The notes under the pieces: generated by a model
Database searches by the model: none
What the model was told of the DNA's origin: nothing
The model's input: the letters and a program-made list of their open reading frames with translations, nothing else
In this document: piece by piece, positions 21,640 through 33,455 of the stretch
How the letters are laid out: the number at the start of each line of letters is the position of its first letter
Position numbering within the stretch: the stretch's first letter is position 1
Origin: Opitutales bacterium
Lineage (GTDB): Bacteria; Verrucomicrobiota; Verrucomicrobiia; Opitutales; UBA2987
DNA length: 64,000 nucleotides
NCBI GenBank assembly: GCA_965226885.1
Contig: CBDDEL010000016.1
Coordinates: forward strand, 832,001 to 896,000
Direction of reading: 5' to 3'
Translations under genes and position numbers: made by a program

Positions 21640-22560
21640 AGAAACAGAATTTAATCGATGGGCAGGCCGGGCGGAATGCTGAATAAACTCCCGTCCTCTA
21701 TTTGCTGGAAAAACCGCCTCCCTGGCTTGTTGTCCCCAAAAGTCCAAATCCAGCCGGAATTTCCCCCAAAAAGAAAAACCCAACGGTAAGCGTCTTCGTT
21801 AAGAAAAATCCATTCGCCCAAGCCCAAATCCCAAAGAAAAATAACCTCTTCAGTGCTATTCTGGGAAACAAATTGCCAGCCATGTTCATCATGGAAAATC
21901 CACGGCCAGAATTCTATATTGTAGTTGAGATACCATGGGGAAGCAAGCCATCCAGGGAATCCATCTATGGGGATTCCTCCAAATGGGGCGGCAATAGTCA
22001 ATTCCAATGCTCTTCGCGCATTTAACATTCCACCAGTTTTCACTTTGCCTTGAAGAGAATCGAGAGGAGTTACCGAATCCAAAAGTATTTGCCGCACCTG
22101 TGCCAACGTCAAATCCGGCCTCTGCGACCAAATAAGCGCGGCAACTCCGCTAACCATAGGCGCAGGCGCAGAGAATGAAGTCCCGTTACCAAGCCGGAAT
22201 TGGACTCCTTCTGTCTGAAATAGCTCTACACTCGATATTTCAACATTATCGATGTATACTCCATCTGCCTCTATCGATTCATCTGTTTCTAATCTAAATC
22301 GTAAATAAATTTGTTCGCCTTCATATGATGAGAGATCGATAGAAACGATCTCTGGAGTAGGTGGGGATAATATTTCTCCTTCACCAGAGCGAGACTTCTC
22401 AATATTCCACTCGATTTCGTCAGTGGAAACTTCAATGCGTAAGAAATCAAAATCTAATTCAAGTTGATAGAAAGTTTGAAATCTTAGTTGTGGTCCAATG
22501 TACCCAGATAGATCAATCCGAGGGCTTTTTAGATAGTTATTTGTGAATGGTTCATAATTA

Positions 22561-24391
22561 GAGGCTGTCCCAAAAATATAAAGATTTTATAGTCAACTGG
22601 ATGACGTTGATAAAAAGAGCCGGAAAGAGCAAGTTTTTGCTCGATCCGGCCAAAAAAGGGTTCTATAAAAAGGGTTCTATAATTGAGTTAGCGAAAATCA
22701 ATATAGCCCTTTCTATGAAAAATATAGCCATCCAATGCCTCCTGCGTCCAGCTTTAACTGTGGTCGACCGGTGCCTCGATTACGATAACTTCCGCGCCAC
22801 CATTGATCGAATCGATCGGCTGCTGATCGACTCGGAGGTGGAATCGCAGGCCATTGAGCTGGCCTTGGAGGGGTGGCCGCCAATGGGTCTAAAGGCCCGG
22901 CGGCAGCGGGCCAGTTTTGCCATCAAGGCACTGCGCATGGATACGCTGGGCCGTCTGCTCGGAGGGATCTCGTTTCGGCATTTGTCGCGGGCTCTGGGCA
23001 GCAGCGATCTGTTGGCCGACTTTTGCCGTGTCCGGCAGATCGATGGCATCAGGGGCATCTCCAAAAGCACCCTGGAGCGGGCCTCGAAGTTTTTCAGCGA
23101 AGAGCAGTTGAGGGCCTTGCACCGGACCTTGACTGAGGTGGTGGGCGATGCCCTTCTGGCCCGGCAGGTGGGATTGGACAAGCCGATTGACACCACCATT
23201 TGCCTGATCGACGGCACCTGTTTGGAGGCTAACATTCATTGGCCGACGGACTGGGTATTACTCAAGGATGTAGCCGGCACGTTGCTCAAAGCGATCCGGC
23301 TGATCCGCGAGAAGGCCGGTTTGCGCCATCGCATGCCGATCGAACCGGAGCCCTTGGCTCGGCAGATGAATCGGCTGTGCATACAGATGACCCACAGCCG
23401 GCGGCGAAAGGACAGCGCGCGGCAGCGCAAGGGTATCTTGAGGCAGATGAAAAAGCTGCTCAAACGGATCGGGGAGCATGCCCGCAGTCACCGGGAATTA
23501 TTGCAAGCCTGCTGGGAGCAAAGCGATTACAGCGAAAAACAGGTCCAACAGATCCTCGCCCGGATGGAGCGCATGAGCGAGCAAATCCCGGTGGTCATCA
23601 AACAGGCGCACGAGCGGATCATTGGCGGCCGCCAGGTGAAAAACGCAGAGAAAGTCTTGAGTGTTTACGAACTCGATGGGCAGGTGATTGTGCGAGGTAA
23701 AGCGGGCCAAGAGGTCGAGTTCGGCAACACCCTGTTTTTGGGAGAAAGCGTTGAAGGGTACCTGCTGGACTGGAAACTCTACGGCAGCCGAACTCCAAGC
23801 GAAAATGAACAAATGCAAGAGAGTTTGCAAAGACAGAACCGCTTCAACCTGGAAGAACCCATAGCGGCCATGTGCGCGGACCGGGGATTTGCCTCCCAGC
23901 GGGCCCGCCGGCAGTTAGCCCAGGAGGGAATCTACGACGCGCTCTGTCCACGCGATCCGAAGCAGTTGAAAAAACGGATGGAGGAACCACTGTTCAGACA
24001 ATTGCAAAAGCGCCGGGCCAGCACCGAAGGGCGGATCGGGGTATTGAAGAATCGCTGGCAGGCCGGGCGGTTGCGCAGCAAAGGCTTTGCCAACCGCTCG
24101 ATCAGCGTAGCCTGGTCGGTACTCTCGCACAACCTATGGAAAGTAGCCAAGATGCTGGCCCAGCAAGACGAACTAAAAACCAAAGCGGCGGCCTAGAGAG
24201 CGGAAAAGCAAGGACAATACTTTTTCACAGCCTTACTGTCGGCTCATACAAAGAAAATCAGGCAACCGGACCCCAAAACCAGTATCCTAACGTCATAGGA
24301 GAGCAAAGTTGATACTCTCCCAAATGCAAATAACTCTAAAATGAGCGCCTATCAATAGCCCTCGCAGAAATCACCCTTTTGGGACAGCCTC
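22561..24391 (+). mobile_element. IS5/ISNCY-like element copy 3
   Basis: Same IRs, 6-bp duplication TAATTA; inside the subtilase gene. Confidence 0.95.
22715..24196 (+). CDS. IS5/ISNCY-like transposase, intact (493 aa)
   Basis: Matches copy 1 without the 12-bp duplication. Confidence 0.9.
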   Translation: MKNIAIQCLLRPALTVVDRCLDYDNFRATIDRIDRLLIDSEVESQAIELALEGWPPMGLKARRQRASFAIKALRMDTLGRLLGGISFRHLSRALGSSDLLADFCRVRQIDGIRGISKSTLERASKFFSEEQLRALHRTLTEVVGDALLARQVGLDKPIDTTICLIDGTCLEANIHWPTDWVLLKDVAGTLLKAIRLIREKAGLRHRMPIEPEPLARQMNRLCIQMTHSRRRKDSARQRKGILRQMKKLLKRIGEHARSHRELLQACWEQSDYSEKQVQQILARMERMSEQIPVVIKQAHERIIGGRQVKNAEKVLSVYELDGQVIVRGKAGQEVEFGNTLFLGESVEGYLLDWKLYGSRTPSENEQMQESLQRQNRFNLEEPIAAMCADRGFASQRARRQLAQEGIYDALCPRDPKQLKKRMEEPLFRQLQKRRASTEGRIGVLKNRWQAGRLRSKGFANRSISVAWSVLSHNLWKVAKMLAQQDELKTKAAA

Positions 24392-24596
24392 TAATTAGAA
24401 ACGCCACTATCTGTTGCCCAGGTATTTGAATTTACATCAGTAAACAGACTCCAACTAATTGAAGATTGATTGTCTACACCACCTCCAACAGTCCAATCAG
24501 AAGCTCCAGATTCAAAATCTTCTGTAAACGCCGGGGAAAAACCGGTACGGTAAAGAGGGCGCTTTAAAACCGGTACGCTTATCCTAGAAAGGAGGA

Positions 24597-26102
24597 GTGT
24601 ATCGAGATATGAAGCAATGGACAAGAGTGCGGCACAAAGTGCTGCGGGACAAGCAGAGCAAGCGCTCTGTAATGCGAGAAGAGGGACTGCACTGGGAGAC
24701 CCTGGGAAAGATGCTGGCCTATTCCCAGCCGCCGGGATACCGGCGCAAGAAGAGGCGAGAGCGCAAGATCGATCCGTATGTGGGCTGGATCGAGGAGGTG
24801 CTCAAAGCGGACCGGAACGTGCCCAAGAAGCAGCGCCATACGGCCAAACGGATCTACCAGCGTTTGGGTCGGAAGAAGGGCTACCAAGGGGGCTACACGG
24901 CGGTCAAGGAGGTGGTGGCCGAGCTGCGAGCGAGGCGGCGGGAAGTGTTCGTGCCGCTGGAGCACCGCCCCGGGGAGGGACAGGTGGACTTCGGTCATGC
25001 CCTGGTGAAGGAGGCGGGGCAATTGCGTAGGCGGCCATTTTTTGCCATGAGCCTGCCCTACAGCGATGCCTTTTTCGTGCAGGTGTTCGAACGGGAGTGC
25101 ACGGAGAGCTTCTGGGAGGGGCCCCTGCGAGCTTTTGAGTTTTTCGGGGCGGTGCCCCGGCGCATCAGCTATGACAACTCGAAGGTGGCGGTGGGTAAGA
25201 TTATCGGTTCGCGTGAACGCAAGCTGACCGACGGGTTTCTGCAGCTACAGAGCCATTACCTGTTCGAGGAACACTTCTGTCTGCCCGCCCGGCCCAACGA
25301 GAAGGGCGTGGTCGAGGGGATCGTGCGTTATGCCCGGGCCAACTTCCTGGTACCGGTACCGCAGGTTCGGGACCTGGAGGAACTCAACGCAAAGCTGTTG
25401 GAGGCATGTGAGCGGGACATGGAGCGTAAATTACGCGGGAAAAGGGCGGTGAAAAAGGAACTGCTGGCCGAGGAGCGCGCCGTCATGCTGGCGTTGCCGC
25501 CCATACCCTTTGAAGCGAGCCGCAAACGCTCGACCTGCGTCAGCAGCCTCTCGCTGGTGCGCTTCGAGTGCAACGACTATTCGGTGCCGGTGCGCTGCGC
25601 CCACCATCCGGTGGTGGTGGAAGGGTCCTGTCGGCAGGTGGTGATCTTCTGTGGGGGCCAAGAGGTGGCCCGGCACCGCCGCATTTGGGATAAAGAGCAA
25701 GTCTCTTTCGAGCCGGTGCACTACCTGGCTTTGCTGGAGAAAAAACCGGGCGCTTTGGACTTCGCCCGCCCACTCTCGGGCTGGCAGTTGCCGCAGTGCC
25801 TGCAGGTCCTCAGACGCCGGCTCGAAAGCCAATGCGGGGGCGAAGGCACCCGGGAGTATATCCGGGTGCTGCGGCTGTTGGAGAAACACCCCATGGCGGC
25901 CTTGCAGCAGGCCGTCGTCTCGGCCCTGCGGGTGGGGGGACTGACTCGTGAGGCCATCGCCCAGTATCTCTATCCTCAGGAAGACTACGGGAGCAGAACC
26001 TTCCGGCTGGACGGCCATCCACACCTGCGTCACGTCCGTGTGGCCGCCCCTGACCTCGGTGCCTACAGCGAACTGCTCAAGATTCCAGGAGGGGCTTTAT
26101 GA
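24597..26102 (+). CDS. istA: IS21 transposase IstA
   Basis: Near-identical to 9174-10679. Confidence 0.95.
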   Translation: MYRDMKQWTRVRHKVLRDKQSKRSVMREEGLHWETLGKMLAYSQPPGYRRKKRRERKIDPYVGWIEEVLKADRNVPKKQRHTAKRIYQRLGRKKGYQGGYTAVKEVVAELRARRREVFVPLEHRPGEGQVDFGHALVKEAGQLRRRPFFAMSLPYSDAFFVQVFERECTESFWEGPLRAFEFFGAVPRRISYDNSKVAVGKIIGSRERKLTDGFLQLQSHYLFEEHFCLPARPNEKGVVEGIVRYARANFLVPVPQVRDLEELNAKLLEACERDMERKLRGKRAVKKELLAEERAVMLALPPIPFEASRKRSTCVSSLSLVRFECNDYSVPVRCAHHPVVVEGSCRQVVIFCGGQEVARHRRIWDKEQVSFEPVHYLALLEKKPGALDFARPLSGWQLPQCLQVLRRRLESQCGGEGTREYIRVLRLLEKHPMAALQQAVVSALRVGGLTREAIAQYLYPQEDYGSRTFRLDGHPHLRHVRVAAPDLGAYSELLKIPGGAL

Positions 26103-26866
26103 AGGAAGAAAAAAACCAGCTGCTGTTACACCATCACCTCAAGAAACTGAAGTTGCCCACCATCCTGCGCGAATGGCCGGCGGTGGCCGCGGCTTGTTCC
26201 CGGGACCGGCTCGATTACGCCGCCTTTTTGTTGCATCTGGTCGAACGGGAGCTCATTGAACGCGAACAGCGGGCCGCCCAGCGGCGGATCAAAAACGCCC
26301 GTTTCCCCGTGCTCAAGACCCTCGAGAGCTTCGCCTTTGAAGCGCAGCCCTCGATCAACGAAGCGCTCATCCGAGAGCTCATGCGCGGGGAGTATGTCGA
26401 CCAGCGCGAAAACGTGCTGCTCCTCGGTAACGCCGGTACCGGTAAAACGCACCTGGCCACCGCCCTGGGCTTTGCCGCCTGTGCCCAGGGCCGGCGGATC
26501 CGTTTCTTCGGGGTCACCGCCCTGGTTACCCATATGCTCGAGCAACGCGACAACCACGACCTGCAGCGCTTCATGAAGCAACTCGAAAGGCTCGACCGAC
26601 TCATCCTCGACGAACTCGGTTACGTCCCTTTTTCCAAGACCGGTTCCGAACTGCTCTTCGACGTGGTCAGCCGCGCTTACGAGCGCACCAGTCTCATCGT
26701 CACCACCAACCTGCCCTTTGAGAACTGGATCGAAGTGCTCGGTTCCGAACGGCTCACCGGAGCTCTGCTGGACCGACTCACCCATCGGGTGCATATCCTC
26801 GAAGCCAACGGGCAAAGCTACCGCTTGCGCGATGCTCGACGCCGTCGCCGTGGCACAAAACAATAA
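26099..26866 (+). CDS. istB: IS21 helper ATPase IstB
   Basis: Intact Walker A GNAGTGKT. Confidence 0.95.
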   Translation: MKEEKNQLLLHHHLKKLKLPTILREWPAVAAACSRDRLDYAAFLLHLVERELIEREQRAAQRRIKNARFPVLKTLESFAFEAQPSINEALIRELMRGEYVDQRENVLLLGNAGTGKTHLATALGFAACAQGRRIRFFGVTALVTHMLEQRDNHDLQRFMKQLERLDRLILDELGYVPFSKTGSELLFDVVSRAYERTSLIVTTNLPFENWIEVLGSERLTGALLDRLTHRVHILEANGQSYRLRDARRRRRGTKQ

Positions 26867-27039
26867 ACGCCTTGGGCCCGGCTCGTCGGCCTCCGGCCTC
26901 CTCACCGACCCCAAGCCAATCCCCAAAACCAACTCCCAAACCCTAAACCTTGACGTACCTGCAATTACTAACCTAAACCTTATTCCAAGCGTACCGGTTT
27001 TACCCCGACCCCCGTACCGGTTTCATCCCGGCGTTTACA

Positions 27040-28567
27040 TATTGGAGATGGATTTCTTTGTATTTTGAGCAGATCGTCTTGATTTTTAGGTGTTTTTCAG
27101 GGTGTAGAGACACTGCCCCCTTTCCCCCATTGGTTCGGTAGTGCCGGGGGCAGCACCAATGCACCCTTTAGGTTGGCACCAATCGGCGGGCCGCATGGTT
27201 GAAAAGACTGGCCCAAGGATAACTCTCACTTAGGTGAAAGTGAATCGTTCGGGTGTTGCGCACGATGACCGCTCCGATCTTGATTAATTTGAGCCGCAGG
27301 GTGTGGCATTGGGCCCGCGCCCACTTCGTCCCTTTTAAGGCTAACCGGCGCATGGCTTCCATCAAGGTGTAGGCCAGCGCCGACAAGAGCAATCGCCACT
27401 GATTGGCCCACCATTGATGGGCGCTGGTGCGCTCGCTGAACAATTGCATCTGTTCCTTGATTCGGTTCTCCATTTCACCGCGGCCACAGTATACCTTGTC
27501 GTAAAGCTCCTGGGGATCGCCCGGCAGGTTCGTCACCACGAAGCGCGGGTTGGACCCCTGTGCGGTGTGTTCGGCTTTATGGATGACCAACCGCAGCCAT
27601 CGCCACGAATCGGCAGCATAGACGAAGTCCTGGAATAACCGTTGTTTTTTACCCCTTAGTTCGAACCATTCTTTGGCCTGCTTTTGCAACTGCTGGGCGT
27701 CTTGCTGCAAGCGTGCATTGCGAGCCATCCCCACGATGTAACTAACTTCGTTGCGGTCGCACCAAGAGAGTATCCGGTCTCGACAAAATCCACTGTCGGC
27801 GCGCCAAATAATCCGCGTACGGGGCCAGCTTTGGCGAATCCGTTTAACCAGCAATTTGAGGATGGCCCCGGCATGCTTGCTGGCATCGATCTTGCTCGGC
27901 CGCAGGTAGGCCACCAGCAGCTGATCACCGCAAAAAACATATAGCGGCAGAAAACAGTAATGATCATAATAACCGTGGAAAAAACGTCCCTCCTGGAGCC
28001 CGTGCACCGGATTGTCGGTGGCGTCAAAGTCCAGGATGATCTCTTCGGGTTCCTCGGCAAAGGAGCCCATGAACTGTTCGACCAACAGCTCGTTTACCGC
28101 AAAGGCCGCCCGCCGATCCTGCCCGTTTTCAAAACGACACACAGTCGGCGCGCTGGCCAACGTTTCAATGCGCCCCGTTACCGTTTGCTAACAATGGATC
28201 GTGGCGCAGGGTATCAAAGTTCGTTCAAATCCTCATAGCCCGCCACCAGCCCGTAAACGCGCTGCCGCAGCATCCCCAATACCTCATGGCGTACTTTGCC
28301 CTTCTGCCGTTTGTCCACTAACTGTCGGGCCGCTCGTTCGGTCAAGCCCAACTGCCGATCCACTTCCCGGATCAAAAGCAGTCCGGCATCCGAAGTAACC
28401 TCTCCGCCCTTGAAATCAACCCGCACACGGCGGCCTTTTACCCTTGTCAACTGTAGCTTTAATTGTTTACCTTTTGTCATCGCTGATATTGCTTTAATTA
28501 TTGATCTATCCTGCTGTATATCAGCAGTTAAGCATATCAACGATACTTTTTTTACGAAATATCCGGG
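27040..28567 (-). mobile_element. IS1380-family copy C; right IR missing, transposase frameshifted
   Basis: Reverse complement of copy B; single-base insertions near 28189 and 28220 split the ORF; abuts IS21. Confidence 0.93.
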
Positions 28568-28571
28568 CTAA

Positions 28572-30138
28572 CCCGGATATTTCATGAAGGGTAAAGTTTG
28601 GCTCGTTATTGCTATTGGAGATGGATTTCTTTGTATTTTGAGCAGATCGTCTTGATTTTTAGGTGTTTTTCAGGGTGTAGAGACACTGCCCCCTTTCCCC
28701 CATTGGTTCGGTAGTGCCGGGGGCAGCACCAATGCACCCTTTAGGTTGGCACCAATCGGCGGGCCGCATGGTTGAAAAGACTGGCCCAAGGATAACTCTC
28801 ACTTAGGTGAAAGTGAATCGTTCGGGTGTTGCGCACGATGACCGCTCCGATCTTGATTAATTTGAGCCGCAGGGTGTGGCATTGGGCCCGCGCCCACTTC
28901 GTCCCTTTTAAGGCTAACCGGCGCATGGCTTCCATCAAGGTGTAGGCCAGCGCCGACAAGAGCAATCGCCACTGATTGGCCCACCATTGATGGGCGCTGG
29001 TGCGCTCGCTGAACAATTGCATCTGTTCCTTGATTCGGTTCTCCATTTCACCGCGGCCACAGTATACCTTGTCGTAAAGCTCCTGGGGATCGCCCGGCAG
29101 GTTCGTCACCACGAAGCGCGGGTTGGACCCCTGTGCGGTGTGTTCGGCTTTATGGATGACCAACCGCAGCCATCGCCACGAATCGGCAGCATAGACGAAG
29201 TCCTGGAATAACCGTTGTTTTTTACCCCTTAGTTCGAACCATTCTTTGGCCTGCTTTTGCAACTGCTGGGCGTCTTGCTGCAAGCGTGCATTGCGAGCCA
29301 TCCCCACGATGTAACTAACTTCGTTGCGGTCGCACCAAGAGAGTATCCGGTCTCGACAAAATCCACTGTCGGCGCGCCAAATAATCCGCGTACGGGGCCA
29401 GCTTTGGCGCATCCGTTTAACCAGCAATTTGAGGATGGCCCCGGCATGCTTGCTGGCATCGATCTTGCTCGGCCGCAGGTAGGCCACCAGCAGCTGATCA
29501 CCGCAAAAAACATATAGCGGCAGAAAACAGTAATGATCATAATAACCGTGGAAAAAACGTCCCTCCTGGAGCCCGTGCACCGGATTGTCGGTGGCGTCAA
29601 AGTCCAGGATGATCTCTTCGGGTTCCTCGGCAAAGGAGCCCATGAACTGTTCGACCAACAGCTCGTTTACCGCAAAGGCCGCCCGCCGATCCTGCCCGTT
29701 TTCAAAACGACACAAAGTCGGCGCGCTGGCCAACGTTTCAATGCGCCCCGTTACCGTTTGCAACAATGGATCGTGGCGCAGGGTATCAAAGTCGTTCAAA
29801 TCCTCATAGCCCGCCACCAGCCCGTAAACGCGCTGCCGCAGCATCCCCAATACCTCATGGCGTACTTTGCCCTTCTGCCGTTTGTCCACTAACTGTCGGG
29901 CCGCTCGTTCGGTCAAGCCCAACTGCCGATCCACTTCCCGGATCAAAAGCAGTCCGGCATCCGAAGTAACCTCTCCGCCCTTGAAATCAACCCCCACACG
30001 GCGGCCTTTTACCCTTGTCAACTGTAGCTTTAATTGTTTACCTTTTGTCATCGCTGATATTGCTTTAATTATTGATCTATCCTGCTGTATATCAGCAGTT
30101 AAGCATATCAACGATACTTTTTTTACGAAATATCCGGG
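28572..30138 (-). mobile_element. IS1380-family copy D (complete; transposase ORF ends at 28741)
   Basis: 1567 bp, both IRs, CTAA on both sides; head-to-tail with copy C. Confidence 0.95.
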
Positions 30139-30938
30139 CTAAATCGACACTTTTTTCTCCAAAGTTGGAAAAACGAGCCAATTCCCCATTCTGATCTATT
30201 GCGGCCACAGATATGACATTTTCTCCTGCGTAGGATGCTGGGTATTGCGGTAATAAATCATTGTTGTCTCCTATCTGATCTTGACCTCCGTTTCCAGCGG
30301 CTGCGACTAACAAAATCCCCTGATCCTCAAGCCAGCCAACTTGATCTTGTTCGCATTGGCTTTTCTCAGGTCCTCCAAAACTCGCATTTATGATTTTAAT
30401 CCCTAAATTTGCCACATATTTCGTGGATTCAATAAAGATATCGACCGTTATTCCTCCCCCAAAGTCATCAAAGGCTCTAATCGGTGAAATAAGGGTAAAA
30501 GGAGCGATCCCAGCACCACCTTCTCCATTATTACCGAGCGCGGCAATTATACTGGCAACTAGTGTTCCATGACCATTTTCGTCTATGGGGAGATTATCAT
30601 CATCAATGAAATCCCAACCAGTATGGTCATCAGTAAATCCGTTTTCATCATTGTCAATATCATCATCCTGACTACCTTCACCAATGTTAGGATAAAACCT
30701 GACATCTACAACCTCCCCGTCTTGGAGTGTCAAGAATTCTGGATGTGTAAAATCAACACCGGAGTCAATTACTGCAACGACTACCAACTCATTTGGGGTG
30801 TATAGCTCCATCGCTTCAGGCCAATTAATGTCGATTCCTTCGGTCCCGTAAACTCTATTGATTAGTTGTCCAGAGTTATGCAGCCCCCATTGCTCTCCAA
30901 AATCAGGATCAGTTGAACTTTGGATTTTTCGCTTGTAG

Positions 30939-32271
30939 TGAAGTGGACGGGGTTGTTTGGACAATTTTGACGTGGGATTAAGGTGGAAATCGTGTTCATA
31001 TTATTTTTTAAAAATATATTTTGTCCTTAGCCAAAGACGGGCACGCAGGTGCCCGCAAGCTGTATTGGCGGGGAGGGTGGTTTTGCTCCGATTGCATGGA
31101 CTTCGGCCGGGGTCCGGTAGCCCAGGGCTTGGTGGGGGCGCAGGTGGTTGTAGAAGTCCAGGTAGCGGGCTATCCCTTCGCTGGCTTCCTTTGCCGTGGC
31201 GTATTCGCGCAGGTAAATGTCTTCATACTTGAGGGTTCTCCAAAAGCGTTCAACAAATATGTTGTCCAGGTAGCGGCCACGCCCGTCCATGCTGATGCGC
31301 ACCCCGGCTTGCCCCAGCACCGAGGTGAACTCGCTGCCGGTAAACTGGCTGCCTTGATCGGTGTTGAAGATTTGAGGTTGGGCCCGCCTCAGAGCTTCCT
31401 CCAGGGCGAGCACACAGAAGCGGCTCTCCAGGGTGTTGGAAAGCTGCCAGCTCAACACGTAGCGGCTGAACCAGTCCAACACCACGGTCAAGAAAAGGAA
31501 TCCTCGGCTCAGCCGCAGGTAAGTGATGTCGCTGCACCATACCTGGTCGGGCCGCTCGACCGCCAAACCCCGCAGCAGATAAGGGAAAATGCGGTGCTGC
31601 CGGTGCCCCTGGCTCAAGTTTCGACGCGGATAAATAGCCTCCAGGCCCATTTGGCGCATGAGCCGCTGGATGCGGCCTCGTCCCACTGCATGGCCCTCTC
31701 GACGCAGCCACTGGGTCATCCGGCGAGAACCAAAAAACGGATATTGGGTGTAGAGCTCATCCATGCGATGCATGTAGAGAACGTTCTGCTCGCACTGGGC
31801 ACGGGCCCGATAGTAATAGCTGCCGCGGGCCAGCCCCAGCAACTGACATTGCCTGCCGATACTGATTTTTCCTTGAAGTGGTTGCACCATCTTGCGCCTC
31901 TCACCAACCGAATTGTTCAGACTTTTTTTTTAGCCAATCGCATTCTACTTTCAGCTTTCCAATCTCCTGGTAAAGGTGATCTTTTTCCGTCTCGTTGTCC
32001 TTGCTGAGAGTCTGCCGCTGGCGCGAAAACAGCTCCGTTGCTCCCTGCAAAAGCTGCTTCTTCCATTGGGTCACCTGGTTGGGATGCACCTCAAAACGAC
32101 CGGCGATCTCGTTGATGGTATGAGCGCCCCTGATGGCTTCCAGGGCCACTCGGGCTTTAAACTCAGCACTGTATTGTCTTCTCTTTCGTGATTTAATAAC
32201 ATTCATAGGTTAGCGGATTTAGTGGTTCAAGACCACCTTATTCCACTGTCCAGTTTTCCCCGTCCATTTCA
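30939..32271 (-). mobile_element. IS3-family element type b (orfA 31901-32206, orfB 31027-31890)
   Basis: IRs tgaagtggacgggg / ccccgtccatttca, 3-bp duplication TAG; YSAEFKARVALEA; WCSDITY, FNTDQGSQF, DNIFVERFWRTLKYE; A-run frameshift site. Confidence 0.95.
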
Positions 32272-32450
32272 TAGTTCGGTTCAGCAAACCGAACGTAGTC
32301 TTCCCTAACTACCTGCTTTATAACCTCCTCTACGGTTTTTTCCGACTTGATACGGTATAGGATAACATTGAGGTGCTTAAATTCTTTAACCCGTTCGAGT
32401 TCATTATCTTTCTCGAAATTCTTTTTGGAATCCTCTGGCGTCCCTTTTTA

Positions 32451-33246
32451 GGTAGTGTTAACATGACGAATGTTTGATATTGCTGTTGTATTCCCAGATG
32501 AACAAGCACAGGACGCGAAAATGCATGACCAAAGACTTCGAGAATGACAGCGTTTTACGCACATAGCGTGACAGGGACTGTCGCAAGGTATTGTTCCAGC
32601 GTTCGATATGGGCGGTTTGGCTGGATTGTTTCCCGCTGGCGCTGTTGTGAGGGAAAACCTTGTCGTAGCTTTCCCAGTAATCGCTTACGGTGGCACAGTC
32701 GCGATAGGGCTGGGCGATGTTGTGATACAACTGCCAGCACGTTTGATCGCTACGATCACCCAGAGAAAACCCGACGACCTGTCGGGTACGTCGACACAAG
32801 GCTACCCATAGCCATACCTGCCCCGAACGCTTATCGCCCCAGAATGACCACACCTCGTCCAGTTCCAGCACATCACTACACTGGCGGGCAAGCAGAGTGG
32901 ACTCCAGCTTCGGCAAACTCAGGACTTTTTTTTAATCCATTCGATGACCGTCTTTGGGGCTACCCCGAAGGTACGGTAAATGGCACGCAGGCTCATCCGG
33001 TTTTGGTGCGCACGGAGCACCTGCTTGACCAGCGCCGGAGGATGCTCACGACTTTTGGGGTGAAGCCGAAACTGATAACCACACCCCTTGCATCGATACT
33101 TCTGAACCCCTTTCGGATCCTTGCCGTGCTTGATGATGTGATCGCTTCCGCATTGAGGACATTTTACTGTGATATGGACCATTCCCAGTTCACAACATAA
33201 TCACGCTAAAAAGTACAGCTTAAACATTCAAAATGTTAACACTACC
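32451..33246 (-). mobile_element. IS1-family element 2 (insA 32919-33182, insB 32458-32916)
   Basis: IRs ggtagtgttaacat / atgttaacactacc; CPQC...CKGC zinc ribbon; ELDEVWSF, HIERWNNTLRQ; imperfect 8-bp duplication (ccttttta / catttttc). Confidence 0.94.
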
Positions 33247-33455
33247 CATTTTTCAAATCCAACCAGGATTTGTCCTTGAACATAATTCGATTCTTCCAAA
33301 GACGATCCACCACACACTAAACCAAAGAAGCAAAGGTGCAAAAAAAGAATTGGAAGGCGGAAAATAAACGTGTGGTGTTTCAAAATATCCGATTACAAAT
33401 AACCAGATACAGAGTACCACTTCCACTGTCAAGAATGTAAAAAGATCATTTACGA

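Larger units (their letters stand above)
24523..27039 (+). mobile_element. IS21-family element copy 2
   Basis: 2517 bp like copy 1; no target duplication: left flank is subtilase, right flank is the same IS1380 position as copy 1. Confidence 0.96.
21651..33383 (-). pseudogene. S8 subtilisin-like secreted protease split into five fragments (33247-33383, 32272-32450, 30139-30938, 24392-24522, 21651-22560)
   Basis: Fragments translate in order: signal peptide MKHHTFIF..., prodomain ...FAEPNY|KRKIQ, Asp VAVIDSG, His HGTLVA, oxyanion AAAGN, inserted beta-domain EDFESG...GVYIDNV, Ser GTSFSAP, Trp-rich C-terminus. Confidence 0.92.

Noticed and set aside
22601..22714. N-terminal extension making a 531-aa transposase
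   Set aside because: Produced by the 14-bp duplication at 22653-22680; the frame is closed in copies 1 and 2.
24391..24624. 77-aa ORF (and the similar 8956-9201 ORF)
   Set aside because: Chimeras of the antisense IS21 left end with flanking subtilase or IS1380 sequence.
31021..32007. 328-aa plus-strand ORF
   Set aside because: Antisense shadow of the IS3 type b transposase.
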